Positions 1-9,432 of a stretch of DNA of 37,530 nucleotides are shown piece after piece (the stretch's first letter is position 1; the number at the start of each line of letters is the position of its first letter). The position numbers and the translations under genes were made by a program. This DNA comes from Acidobacteriota bacterium. Its GTDB lineage: Bacteria; Acidobacteriota; Aminicenantia; UBA2199. The stretch spans positions 1 through 37,530 of the forward strand of contig JALOLC010000002.1 of NCBI GenBank assembly GCA_025456175.1, written 5' to 3'. A model generated the notes under the pieces. The model was not told where the DNA came from. It was given only the letters and a program-made list of their open reading frames with translations, and searched no databases.

Positions 1-164
1 GAGGCCTTGAAAATGTAGGGAATGCCGAGCTCGGAAGTGATCTTCTTGGCCTCGACGGCGATCTCGCGGGTCAGCCCCTCGTCCTCGATGACGCAGGGCC
101 CGGCGATGAGGAAGAGCTTGCCGTCGCTGATCTCGAGGTCGTCGACCTTGAAGAACGTCTTCAT
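1..164 (-). CDS. kdsA: 3-deoxy-8-phosphooctulonate (KDO8P) synthase, 5' part only (runs off window)
   Basis: Not in the ORF track. Hand translation from ATG at 164 gives MKTFFKVDDLEISDGKLFLIAGPCVIEDEGLTREIAVEAKKITSELGIPYIFKAS, with the KdsA motifs IAGPCVIE and FKAS. Confidence 0.92.
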   Translation of the reverse strand, partial: MKTFFKVDDLEISDGKLFLIAGPCVIEDEGLTREIAVEAKKITSELGIPYIFKA

Positions 165-213
165 GACAAGATTTTACCAGTATTTGCCGGAAAGGGCAAG
201 AAATATCGAGGCT

Positions 214-316
214 TAGTGAATAGTGAAAGGTGAAAAGTAAAAAGTGGAGGAGAAAATGCCGGAAAAATAACTTCTCAACTCTTGGTTTTCAACCTTTCAC
301 TTTTTACTTTTCACTT
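214..316. repeat. Inverted heptamer-repeat element (xAGTGAA-type units / complementary arm)
   Basis: Left arm is TAGTGAA TAGTGAA AGGTGAA AAGTAAA AAGTGGA (214-248). There is a perfect 17-bp inverted repeat, GTGAAAAGTAAAAAGTG 230-246 / 298-314. Confidence 0.85.
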
Positions 317-319
317 ATT

Positions 320-433
320 TTATATGACGATCTTTTCTTTGTATTCGCCGAAGACGGCGCGCATCTGGTCGGCGATCTCCTGCTGCGTGGAGCACACCTT
401 GACGGCTTTCAGGATCGGCGGCATGAGGTTACC
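320..433 (-). pseudogene. Displaced 3' fragment of methylmalonyl-CoA mutase gene (copy 3, diverged)
   Basis: Encodes [37 protein letters not shown]. By hand alignment it has 18 mismatches in 111 bp versus 3477-3587, with no indels. Confidence 0.92.
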
Positions 434-765
434 GTTGACGGTCAAGAAAAGGTCTGTTTTCGAGTTAAAAATGACAGTATTCAGAAGAAAGATGACGGAA
501 TCGTACTTCTCGAAAACACAAAAAGTCACTCAACAGCTGAGTCCTTGACAATGCTTTCAAGGAGCAAGACAATCCAATCAGGTGAGGAGAGAACAGATGG
601 CTTGGTTCAAGTCCTTTGGGAATTCTCGGTTCAGGAATTTGCTTGATGGTGGACATGAAGCCGCAGAATAAGGGCTGCAGCTGCTGGCCGACTCTCTGTT
701 CAGCAAGGTTGCGGCTGGGTATAATCGCCCGGCGGCTATATCCCATATCGGCGAAGGAGAGAAAA

Positions 766-1869
766 ATGAACAGCTTGAAATTTTCATACAGACTAGTTGG
801 AATGGTAGTGGCGGTCATGCTCATGGCAGGATGCACACCGCCGGCTGACTCAACCGGTGGCAGTCTCTTCAAGCTCGTAAAAGAGGTCCAAGTGACGCCC
901 GCCGGCAACTACCTAAACGCGGACTTCGTCCGCATCGGCTTCGTGCCGGGGAGAGACCGGTTCATCGTAACATTCAACACAATGCTTGCCCAGCCAGAGG
1001 GTGGTTGTTCAAGTGATTCGTTCGATATCGCCCTCGGCCTTTACAGGGAATACGCTTACATCGAATACACATCTGACATGGTGGGGACCGGCAAGTCTGG
1101 AATCATCTCATGCCACGCGACGACAGACACCGGAGGGTGCTTCAACGGGGATGATTTCTATCTCGTGAGCATGGAATTCCACAACAACATTAGTGGATGG
1201 CATCTCGCCAAGTTCAACGCGGTGACTTGGGCGGATTCGGCTGGATATTTCTATCCGCTCAGCGACTCTCGAATGCAGGCAGCCGACCCAACGGTAGCGC
1301 TCGTGAATGGGCAGATAGACATCAGCGGCATTGACGAAGGCAGCGGGGGAACCCACCACAACTTTTTCACGACCGATCTCCAGTTCCTGGACAAGCGGCT
1401 CCTAGTGGACACGCCGCATTCCGGTTTTAGTTCGATGATTGCCCTGGACGGCATCATTCACTTCCTCTCGTCCAGGACCGAGACAGCCAAGGATCCATGG
1501 GGTGTGATCGTGATGCAATACGATCCGAACTGGAGCTACCTTGGGGTGAAGACTCTCAGAGAAAACGCAGCGACGCCACAAGGGCTGGCGTTTGACGGCA
1601 CCCAGTTCTATGTGGCGTATACCGAGAGAACCGCAGGATTTCCATTCGTCGAAAATGTTCATCTTGCCGCGTTCGACAAGAATTGGAGCATCATCGAAGA
1701 TATCGCATTGACGAATTTCACGCAGGAGAATCAGACCAGTTCAATCCACCCATGGGTGGTCTTGAGGGACAAGCGTCTCTATGTTTCATACAGCCAGAAC
1801 TCCCCAGCCGGGGGCATAGAGACCCTGCAGGCGCATGTGAAAGTTTACGAGTTGAGCCCGAATCCGTAG
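766..1869 (+). CDS. Hypothetical lipoprotein, probably beta-propeller-like
   Basis: AAGGAG RBS before ATG 766. Signal peptide with lipobox (VMLMAG-C), beta-strand-rich sequence, and lower GC and different codon usage than the flanking housekeeping genes. Confidence 0.75.
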   Translation: MNSLKFSYRLVGMVVAVMLMAGCTPPADSTGGSLFKLVKEVQVTPAGNYLNADFVRIGFVPGRDRFIVTFNTMLAQPEGGCSSDSFDIALGLYREYAYIEYTSDMVGTGKSGIISCHATTDTGGCFNGDDFYLVSMEFHNNISGWHLAKFNAVTWADSAGYFYPLSDSRMQAADPTVALVNGQIDISGIDEGSGGTHHNFFTTDLQFLDKRLLVDTPHSGFSSMIALDGIIHFLSSRTETAKDPWGVIVMQYDPNWSYLGVKTLRENAATPQGLAFDGTQFYVAYTERTAGFPFVENVHLAAFDKNWSIIEDIALTNFTQENQTSSIHPWVVLRDKRLYVSYSQNSPAGGIETLQAHVKVYELSPNP

Positions 1870-2021
1870 GAGGAAATCGGGCAGCAGTCGTTGATTTGAC
1901 AACCCTGGGAGAGGGCAATTTTTTTCTTCCCGGACAATTCTTGAACGCGGCCAAGCCGCAGTAGGAATTATTTTCAAACTAAAATTCACGAATGACGAAA
2001 TACGATAGATCGTGACGTATT

Positions 2022-2145
2022 AATGACGATCTTTTCCTTGTACTCACCGAAGACGGCGCACATCTGGTCGCAGATCTCCTGCAGGGTGGCATAGGCCTTG
2101 ACCGCCTCCAGGATGGGCGGCAGCAGGTTGGCCTTGCCGGCGGCT
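2022..2145 (-). pseudogene. Displaced 3' fragment of methylmalonyl-CoA mutase gene (copy 2, near-identical)
   Basis: 2022-2138 matches 3480-3596 with 4 mismatches in 117 bp, and the match extends to 2145 after a 3-bp gap. Encodes [41 protein letters not shown]; the stop codon is lost. Confidence 0.95.
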
Positions 2146-2195
2146 TGCTCGAATCGCGGAAATGGGGACAATCAGTCCCGGTTTTTGACTGCCAA

Positions 2196-3383
2196 TCAGT
2201 CCTTGGCGGTCAAGACGGCGGGAACTTCGGCCCAATTGCGGGAGCGGATACCTTCATGGTCGGCATGCTCGGAACTCATTGAGATCAAATACGACCTGTT
2301 GTTTTTAAAAATGCTGGCCGTCTTTCTCATCGCCATAAAAAACTCGCGGCGCAGGGTCTTGGCCAGCTTGATTTCCATGAGCTTGAGTTGGCGACCGAAA
2401 TCCAGAACCAGATCGATTTCATTCTGATTGGAGTCGCGATAAAAATAGAGTTCGAACAATCCGCCATGATTGAATTTATGTTTCAGAACTTCAATGACTA
2501 AGAAATTTTCAAAAAAAGCACCGGCGGCAGGGCCAGCCAGCAGGGTTCTGGCATCCGGATACTTAAGAAGAAAAGCGAGCAGCCCGGTATCGGTGAAATA
2601 GAGTTTTGGGCTCTTGATCACGCGTTTGCTCAAATTGCGGAAATAAGGGCGCAGCAGATAAACGATACGCGTAGTCTCCAGGAGCGACAGCCACTTCCCT
2701 GCCGTTGTATGGGAAATGCCGCATTCCTTGGCCACTTCACTTAGTTTCAGGATTCCACCGACACGCGCGGCAAGCAATTCCAAAAAGTTTTGAAAAAGAT
2801 GCAGGTCTTGGACCGAACGGATTTGGCGGATATCTCGTTCCAGGTAAGTTTGCAGATACGAACGGTAAAAATCATTCGTATTTGCTCCATGCACGGCCGG
2901 CTCCGGGAAAAAGCCGTGAAAGAGAAGTTCAAAACAGTCGGATACGGAAACCGCTTTTGCCCTTTCCCCCAGCTCGGCGTAAGAAAATCCCAACAACTCA
3001 TGCAACGCCGCTCTGCCGGCCAGTGACTCGCTGATCCCTGACATCAATGGAAATATCTGGGAACCGGTCAGCAGGAAACGTCCGTTCCGGCCACGATCGC
3101 GGTCAACAGCCATTTTCACATAGGGAAGAAGATCCGGAACATACTGGATCTCATCGATGATCGCCGATTCGCCAAGATTTTCCAAAAATGCCAACGGATC
3201 CGTCTTGGCCAAGTTGCGCTTGAAAGGATCGTCCATCGTGCTGTATTCATGGCGGGGAAAAATTTTTTGCAGCAGGGTGGATTTGCCACTCTGGCGGGGT
3301 CCGGTCAGGACCAGCACTGGAAATTGGGCGGCGGAACGCTGCAACCTGCCTTCAATTTGGCGTGGCACATAGGCTCTTGTCAT
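2196..3383 (-). CDS. AAA+ ATPase, AAA_14 / DUF4143 family
   Basis: Walker A GPRQSGKST, Walker B IIDEIQ, LTGS, SESLAGR, KSPKLYFTDTGL and the C-terminal YFYRD..NEID..MEIK PD-(D/E)xK-like motif. Likely start is ATG 3383 (MTRAYVPR). Lower GC than the host genes. Confidence 0.92.
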   Translation of the reverse strand: MTRAYVPRQIEGRLQRSAAQFPVLVLTGPRQSGKSTLLQKIFPRHEYSTMDDPFKRNLAKTDPLAFLENLGESAIIDEIQYVPDLLPYVKMAVDRDRGRNGRFLLTGSQIFPLMSGISESLAGRAALHELLGFSYAELGERAKAVSVSDCFELLFHGFFPEPAVHGANTNDFYRSYLQTYLERDIRQIRSVQDLHLFQNFLELLAARVGGILKLSEVAKECGISHTTAGKWLSLLETTRIVYLLRPYFRNLSKRVIKSPKLYFTDTGLLAFLLKYPDARTLLAGPAAGAFFENFLVIEVLKHKFNHGGLFELYFYRDSNQNEIDLVLDFGRQLKLMEIKLAKTLRREFFMAMRKTASIFKNNRSYLISMSSEHADHEGIRSRNWAEVPAVLTAKD

Positions 3384-3389
3384 ACTTTG

Positions 3390-3441
3390 ATGATAGCACA
3401 ACAATTATGCAAATTGCAACCAGGAAATGCAATTTACATAA
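3390..3441 (-). promoter_or_regulatory. Extended -10 promoter plus palindromic operator-like site for the AAA+ ATPase gene
   Basis: TGCTATCAT on the minus strand (3390-3398) lies ~6 nt before the ATG. A 14-bp inverted repeat TTATGCAAATTGCA (3405-3418) / TGCAATTTACATAA (3428-3441) has 1 mismatch and a 9-bp spacer. Confidence 0.6.
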
Positions 3442-3476
3442 AATGGGGTCTTGGAAGAATTGCCCCCAACTATTTT

Positions 3477-5120
<1,644 letters not shown>

Positions 5121-5241
5121 GGCTGCAAACCTCTCCCTGATTAATCGTATCTATAGGCCACCCGGACGGTGACGGGCAAGGAGAATCCCTGCACGCGACG
5201 GCATCGTGTCCATCCGCCGTTCCCGGGTCGGAAAAATCGCG

Positions 5242-5478
5242 TCAGATCCTGGATTTCTTCGAGAACGTTTCCTTGGCGCCTTCGATGAAGCCCTTGGCCT
5301 TCTCGCCGATCTTCTCGACCTCGTCCTTGATCTCGCCGCTGATCTTGCCGGAGAAATCCTTGATCTGCTTGCGCGTCTCTTTCCCGGACTGGGGGGCGAA
5401 CAGCAGCGCCAGGCCGGCCCCGATGGCCGCGCCGGTCAGGAAGCTGAAGAACATCTTGCTACCGGTATTCTCGCTCAT
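5242..5478 (-). CDS. YtxH domain-containing protein
   Basis: FLTGAAIGAGLALLFAPQSGKETR motif; GGAGG RBS. Confidence 0.88.
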   Translation of the reverse strand: MSENTGSKMFFSFLTGAAIGAGLALLFAPQSGKETRKQIKDFSGKISGEIKDEVEKIGEKAKGFIEGAKETFSKKSRI

Positions 5479-5847
5479 TTATTTACCTCCTTTGATTTTC
5501 TTTACCAGGTTCCAGCCCAGGCGCAGCGCCGGCAGGAAAGCCAGCAGGCCGGCCGAGCGCCGCAGCAGGTTGTGGTTGATGAAATGCAACGTGTCGCCGG
5601 CATTCTCCACCGCTCGCCGCGATTGGGCGAGAACGAGATCGACCTTTTCCAGCCGGTCCTCGGCTACGGCCCCCAGGCGCTTGGCTTCGCGGGCGAGGTC
5701 ACGAACCTCCAGCGAGGTCTTTTCCATGTCGACCAGCAGCGACTTGAATTGCTGGATGGCCGGGACCAGCGTGATGACCAGCAGCAGGAAGCCCAGGGAA
5801 AAAACCAGGGCGACCACAAAAACGACAATCAGGACCGGAGTGCTCAT
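5479..5847 (-). CDS. DUF948/YtxG-like membrane-anchored coiled-coil protein
   Basis: N-terminal TM helix followed by a coiled coil; sits directly upstream of ytxH, the usual pairing. Confidence 0.7.
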   Translation of the reverse strand: MSTPVLIVVFVVALVFSLGFLLLVITLVPAIQQFKSLLVDMEKTSLEVRDLAREAKRLGAVAEDRLEKVDLVLAQSRRAVENAGDTLHFINHNLLRRSAGLLAFLPALRLGWNLVKKIKGGK

Positions 5848-6000
5848 ATTGATCTCTTATTGATAATTATATGCAAAAGCAGCCGTTTGTCAATGCACCG
5901 GCTTTTTTTCCGCTGCCAGGCCGGCGATTGCATCCGGCGAAACGGGCGGGAAAATGATTGCCGGCTTTCATGCTTCGCGGTTTTGCTATAGAATCGGGGC

Positions 6001-7125
6001 ATGAAGAAGAAGCGCAACCTGGATACCGACGGTCCGCCCTTCATTTTCGACGCCCATTGCGACACGGCCAGCGTTCTGGCCGACCGGCCATGGTCGTTCC
6101 GCCGTTCCCCCGCCCACATCGATCGGGACAAGGCGCGGCAGGGCGGACTCGGGGCGCAGGTCTTCGCCGTCTGGGTCGACCCCCTGTTCGCCCCGCAGCG
6201 GGCCCTGAAGCGGGGGCTGGAAGTGCTGCAGGCGCTTGAGGACAAGGTCTTCGCCCCCGCTCTGGCCGCCAAGGTCACCTCGGTGGCCGAGATGGACGAA
6301 GCGGTCAGAGGCGGGCGCCTCGCCGCCTGGATCTTCCTCGAGGGCGGGCACGTCATCGAGAACTCCCTCGAGATTCTCGCCGTGTTCCGCTCCCTGGGCG
6401 TGCGCGGCATGACCCTGACCCACGGCAAGAACACCGACTGGGCCGACTCGGCTACCGATGCTCCCCGCCTGCACGGGTTGAACGCCCTGGGCCGGCGCAT
6501 CGTCGCCCAGATGGAGCAAACAGGGATGGCCATCGACCTATCGCATGTCTCCGATGCCACGGCGCGCGCGGTGCTGCAGGCCGTGGACGTTCCGCTGCTG
6601 GCGTCCCATTCCAACTCCCGGAAGCTGTGCCCCGTGCCGCGCAACCTCCCCGACGACTTGATCCGCGCCATCGCCGGGCGCCATGGTTTTATCGGCGTCA
6701 ATTTCCATCCCGCCTTCATCAGCCGCCGCGTCTACGAGCAGATCGAAGCCAATTTTTTGCGCTATGGCAAGGAGATCAAGGCACGGAGCAGGGGCAGGCT
6801 CGATGACCCCGAGTTTTTGAGCAACATCGAATGGGAATTCTTCAAAAAAGCGGTGGTCGGCAATGACCGGGTCCGCCTGGACCAGCTGCTCGACCACGTC
6901 GTCCACATCGCCGCCAGCGGCGGCATCGACTGCGTCGGCCTGGGCAGCGATTTCGACGGCATCGCCTCCACGCCCATCGACTTGAAGAACGCCGCCGCTT
7001 ACCCCGCCCTGGTGGCGGGGCTGCGCCGGCGGGGCTTGCGGCCGGATGAGGTGCGCAAGGTTTGCGGGCTCAACCTGAGGCGCTTCCTGAGCCGCGTGGA
7101 AAAGGCGGCGCGAGGACGGGCATAA
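6001..7125 (+). CDS. Membrane dipeptidase (peptidase M19)
   Basis: Motifs DAHCDT, LEGG, TLTH, DLSHVS, ASHSN, RNLPD and GLGSDFDG. Confidence 0.93.
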   Translation: MKKKRNLDTDGPPFIFDAHCDTASVLADRPWSFRRSPAHIDRDKARQGGLGAQVFAVWVDPLFAPQRALKRGLEVLQALEDKVFAPALAAKVTSVAEMDEAVRGGRLAAWIFLEGGHVIENSLEILAVFRSLGVRGMTLTHGKNTDWADSATDAPRLHGLNALGRRIVAQMEQTGMAIDLSHVSDATARAVLQAVDVPLLASHSNSRKLCPVPRNLPDDLIRAIAGRHGFIGVNFHPAFISRRVYEQIEANFLRYGKEIKARSRGRLDDPEFLSNIEWEFFKKAVVGNDRVRLDQLLDHVVHIAASGGIDCVGLGSDFDGIASTPIDLKNAAAYPALVAGLRRRGLRPDEVRKVCGLNLRRFLSRVEKAARGRA

Positions 7126-8015
7126 TGAAAACCGGCATCGCCCTGGGCGGCGGCGGCGCCAAGGGCCTGGCCCACATCGGCGTGCTCAAGGTCCTGCAGG
7201 AGCACGGCATCGTGCCCGACCTGGTCGCCGGGACGAGCATCGGCGCCCTGGTCGGGGCGCTCTATTGCCTGCGCGGCGACATCCGCGCCGTCGAGGAGTT
7301 CGCCCTGGGTTTCGAAGGGGCCAACCTCACCCCGTACCTGGCGCCCCGTCCCAGCGGCTCGGGCCTGGTCTCGGAAAAACGCATCCGCTCCTTCCTGGAG
7401 AAAACGCTGGGATCCGGGCTCATCGAGGAGCTCGACCGCCCCTTCTTCTGCCCGGCGACCGACATCCGCAGCGGCCGCGAGGTGCTGCTGGATCGGGGCC
7501 CGCTGGCGCTCGCCGTGCGCGCCTCGATCTCGGTGCCCATCATCTTCCGCCCGGTGCGCATTGGCGGCGGCTACCTGGTCGACGGCGGCCTGGTCAACCC
7601 GGTGCCGGTCGACGTGCTGAAGCGCAACGGCGCCGATTTCACCGTCGCCGTCAACATCATCACCCCGCGCTCCCTGCACCCGCGGCGCCATCCCCTGCCC
7701 AGGGGCAAGGAAAAGCTGCTGCTGGCCCGGCTCGACCGCTTCATCAGCCGCAAGCTGCTCAACGGCTCCCAGGACCGGGAGCCCAACCTGGTCGAATCCC
7801 TTCTCTCGACCATCGAGATCATGCAGGAGCGGCTGATCACCGCCCGCTTGGGCAGCGACGCTCCCGATGCCATCATCCACGTCGATACGTCCGATTACAA
7901 GTTTTTCGAGTTTTACCGGCCGGCCGAGCTCATTCGCCGCGGCGAGGCGGCGGCGCGCCTGGCCATCAAGGATGTGCTGCGGCGCAGGCGGGCGGCGCAG
8001 GCCAAGGTTGAATAG
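7125..8015 (+). CDS. Patatin-like phospholipase (RssA/NTE type)
   Basis: Motifs ALGGGGAKG, GTSIG and DGG. ATG 7125 overlaps the upstream stop (TAATG). Confidence 0.92.
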   Translation: MKTGIALGGGGAKGLAHIGVLKVLQEHGIVPDLVAGTSIGALVGALYCLRGDIRAVEEFALGFEGANLTPYLAPRPSGSGLVSEKRIRSFLEKTLGSGLIEELDRPFFCPATDIRSGREVLLDRGPLALAVRASISVPIIFRPVRIGGGYLVDGGLVNPVPVDVLKRNGADFTVAVNIITPRSLHPRRHPLPRGKEKLLLARLDRFISRKLLNGSQDREPNLVESLLSTIEIMQERLITARLGSDAPDAIIHVDTSDYKFFEFYRPAELIRRGEAAARLAIKDVLRRRRAAQAKVE

Positions 8016-8446
8016 TGGACGCCTGTAGCTGCGAGAAGTGCATCAGCGCCTGCCGCCGCGACCCCGGCCGCCTGGTGCCGGCCGACCTGAAAAAAATCGC
8101 CGCGTTCCTCAAGCTCGACGGGCGCGATCTCATCCAGCGCCATCTGGTGCTCATCCCGGCCAAGGACAGCCACGTCCGCTTCCTGGCCCCGGCCAAGATC
8201 AAGGCCGCCCGCTTCCTGGCCGCTCCCGGCTCCGTGGTCCCCGATTACTATGCCGCGGAAAAGGGGCGCTGCGTTTTCCTCTCGCCCGAAGGCGCCTGCC
8301 TCATCCACGAGGTCAAGCCCTTCGAGTGCGCCGCCTACATGGGCTGCAAGCACACGTTCCTCGGCCGGCCATACAAAGAGAAAGACGTCGAAACCTTCTT
8401 TATTTCACGCTGGAGAAAAGCCCAGGGCATCATCAGTGAAAAGTGA
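8015..8446 (+). CDS. YkgJ family cysteine-cluster protein
   Basis: CSCEKCISAC...CVFL...CLIHEVKPFEC pattern; GTG start overlaps the upstream stop. Confidence 0.82.
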   Translation: MDACSCEKCISACRRDPGRLVPADLKKIAAFLKLDGRDLIQRHLVLIPAKDSHVRFLAPAKIKAARFLAAPGSVVPDYYAAEKGRCVFLSPEGACLIHEVKPFECAAYMGCKHTFLGRPYKEKDVETFFISRWRKAQGIISEK

Positions 8447-8531
8447 ATAGTGAAATGTGAAAGATAACGGCAGTTCAGCAAATCTTTCCTTTGACTTTTC
8501 CTTTCACTTTTTACTTTTAACTTTTCACTGA
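8433..8531. repeat. Inverted heptamer-repeat element (second copy of the 214-316 family)
   Basis: Left arm CAGTGAA AAGTGAA TAGTGAA ATGTGAA. Perfect 12-bp terminal inverted repeat TCAGTGAAAAGT 8433-8444 / 8520-8531. It shares the identical 19-mer CCTTTCACTTTTTACTTTT (8500-8518) with 293-311. Confidence 0.88.
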
Positions 8532-8562
8532 GCTCGGGCGGTCCGGCCCGCTCGGGTCTGGA

Positions 8563-8766
8563 TCAGCCCCCCGAGATCAGGTGAATGGCCTCGACGCTGT
8601 CACCGTCGCCGACGAACACGCGGTCGTATTCCTCCTTGCTGACCAGGTGGCCGTTGACCTTGACCACGATCATCGGGAAGGTGAATTTCATCAGTTCCAG
8701 CATCTGGCGGACGCTGAACGTCTCGCCGCTCATGCTGACCTCGCTATTGTTCAGGGTGATCTTCAT
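8563..8766 (-). CDS. thiS: Sulfur carrier protein ThiS
   Basis: 67 aa ubiquitin-like protein with C-terminal ISGG; adjacent to thiF. Confidence 0.88.
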   Translation of the reverse strand: MKITLNNSEVSMSGETFSVRQMLELMKFTFPMIVVKVNGHLVSKEEYDRVFVGDGDSVEAIHLISGG

Positions 8767-8778
8767 TTGTTTCTCCGC

Positions 8779-9390
8779 TCACTCGTCCCAGACGTCGTCG
8801 CCGGAACCCGGCCGCAGGTCGTCGAGGACGATCTCCAGGACCTGGTTGGCCTGCATGCCGGCCACGATGCCCACGCGCGGCGCCAGGGGCGGCAGCTCCT
8901 CCGACACCTCGCTGGTCTCGTCGCCGCAGATGAACAGGCTGCCCAGGCGGCGGGTGCGCAGGGCGTTGTTGCGGCCGTAGCCGGCCAGCCCCGAGCCGGC
9001 GACGATGAACTTGTCGGGGAAGCGCTCGCTCACCGTCTCGATGAGCATCAGCTTCTGGTCGGCGCGGTCGAAGGCCTCGACGATCACCTGGCAGTCCTTG
9101 AAAATGCGCACGATCTCGTCGGGGCCCAGGCGCAGTTCGTGGGCATCCACCTTGATCTCGGGGGCGGCCTTGCGGATGTTCTCGCGCAGGGCCAGCACCT
9201 TCTTCTCCCCCACCTGGTTCAGGAAATAATACTGGCGGTCGAGGTTCTCGGCGGCCACGATATCGAAGTCGGCGATGACCAGGTGCCCCACCCCGGCCCG
9301 GGCCAGGGCGATGGCGCAGTTCGAGCCCAGCCCGCCGCAGCCGGCGATGCCGACACAGGTGCCTTTCAGCTTTTCAAGTCTTGATTTCAT
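8779..9390 (-). CDS. thiF: Sulfur carrier protein adenylyltransferase ThiF
   Basis: Motifs GIAGCGGLGSN, DFD...NLDRQ and PRVGIVAGMQAN. Confidence 0.9.
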   Translation of the reverse strand: MKSRLEKLKGTCVGIAGCGGLGSNCAIALARAGVGHLVIADFDIVAAENLDRQYYFLNQVGEKKVLALRENIRKAAPEIKVDAHELRLGPDEIVRIFKDCQVIVEAFDRADQKLMLIETVSERFPDKFIVAGSGLAGYGRNNALRTRRLGSLFICGDETSEVSEELPPLAPRVGIVAGMQANQVLEIVLDDLRPGSGDDVWDE

Positions 9391-9432
9391 AGGATCCCGG
9401 AGAGAATAGTATATATCCTTATCAATAAAAAA

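Noticed and set aside
214-316. CRISPR array
   Set aside because: The units are 7-nt tandem repeats without unique spacers, and there are no cas genes.
1986-2171. 61-aa ORF (and 320-529, 69 aa) as real genes
   Set aside because: They are chance open frames spanning the displaced mcm tails, with no RBS or promoter support.
5121-5241. Cobalamin riboswitch upstream of mcm
   Set aside because: The region is too short and no B12-box consensus was recognised.
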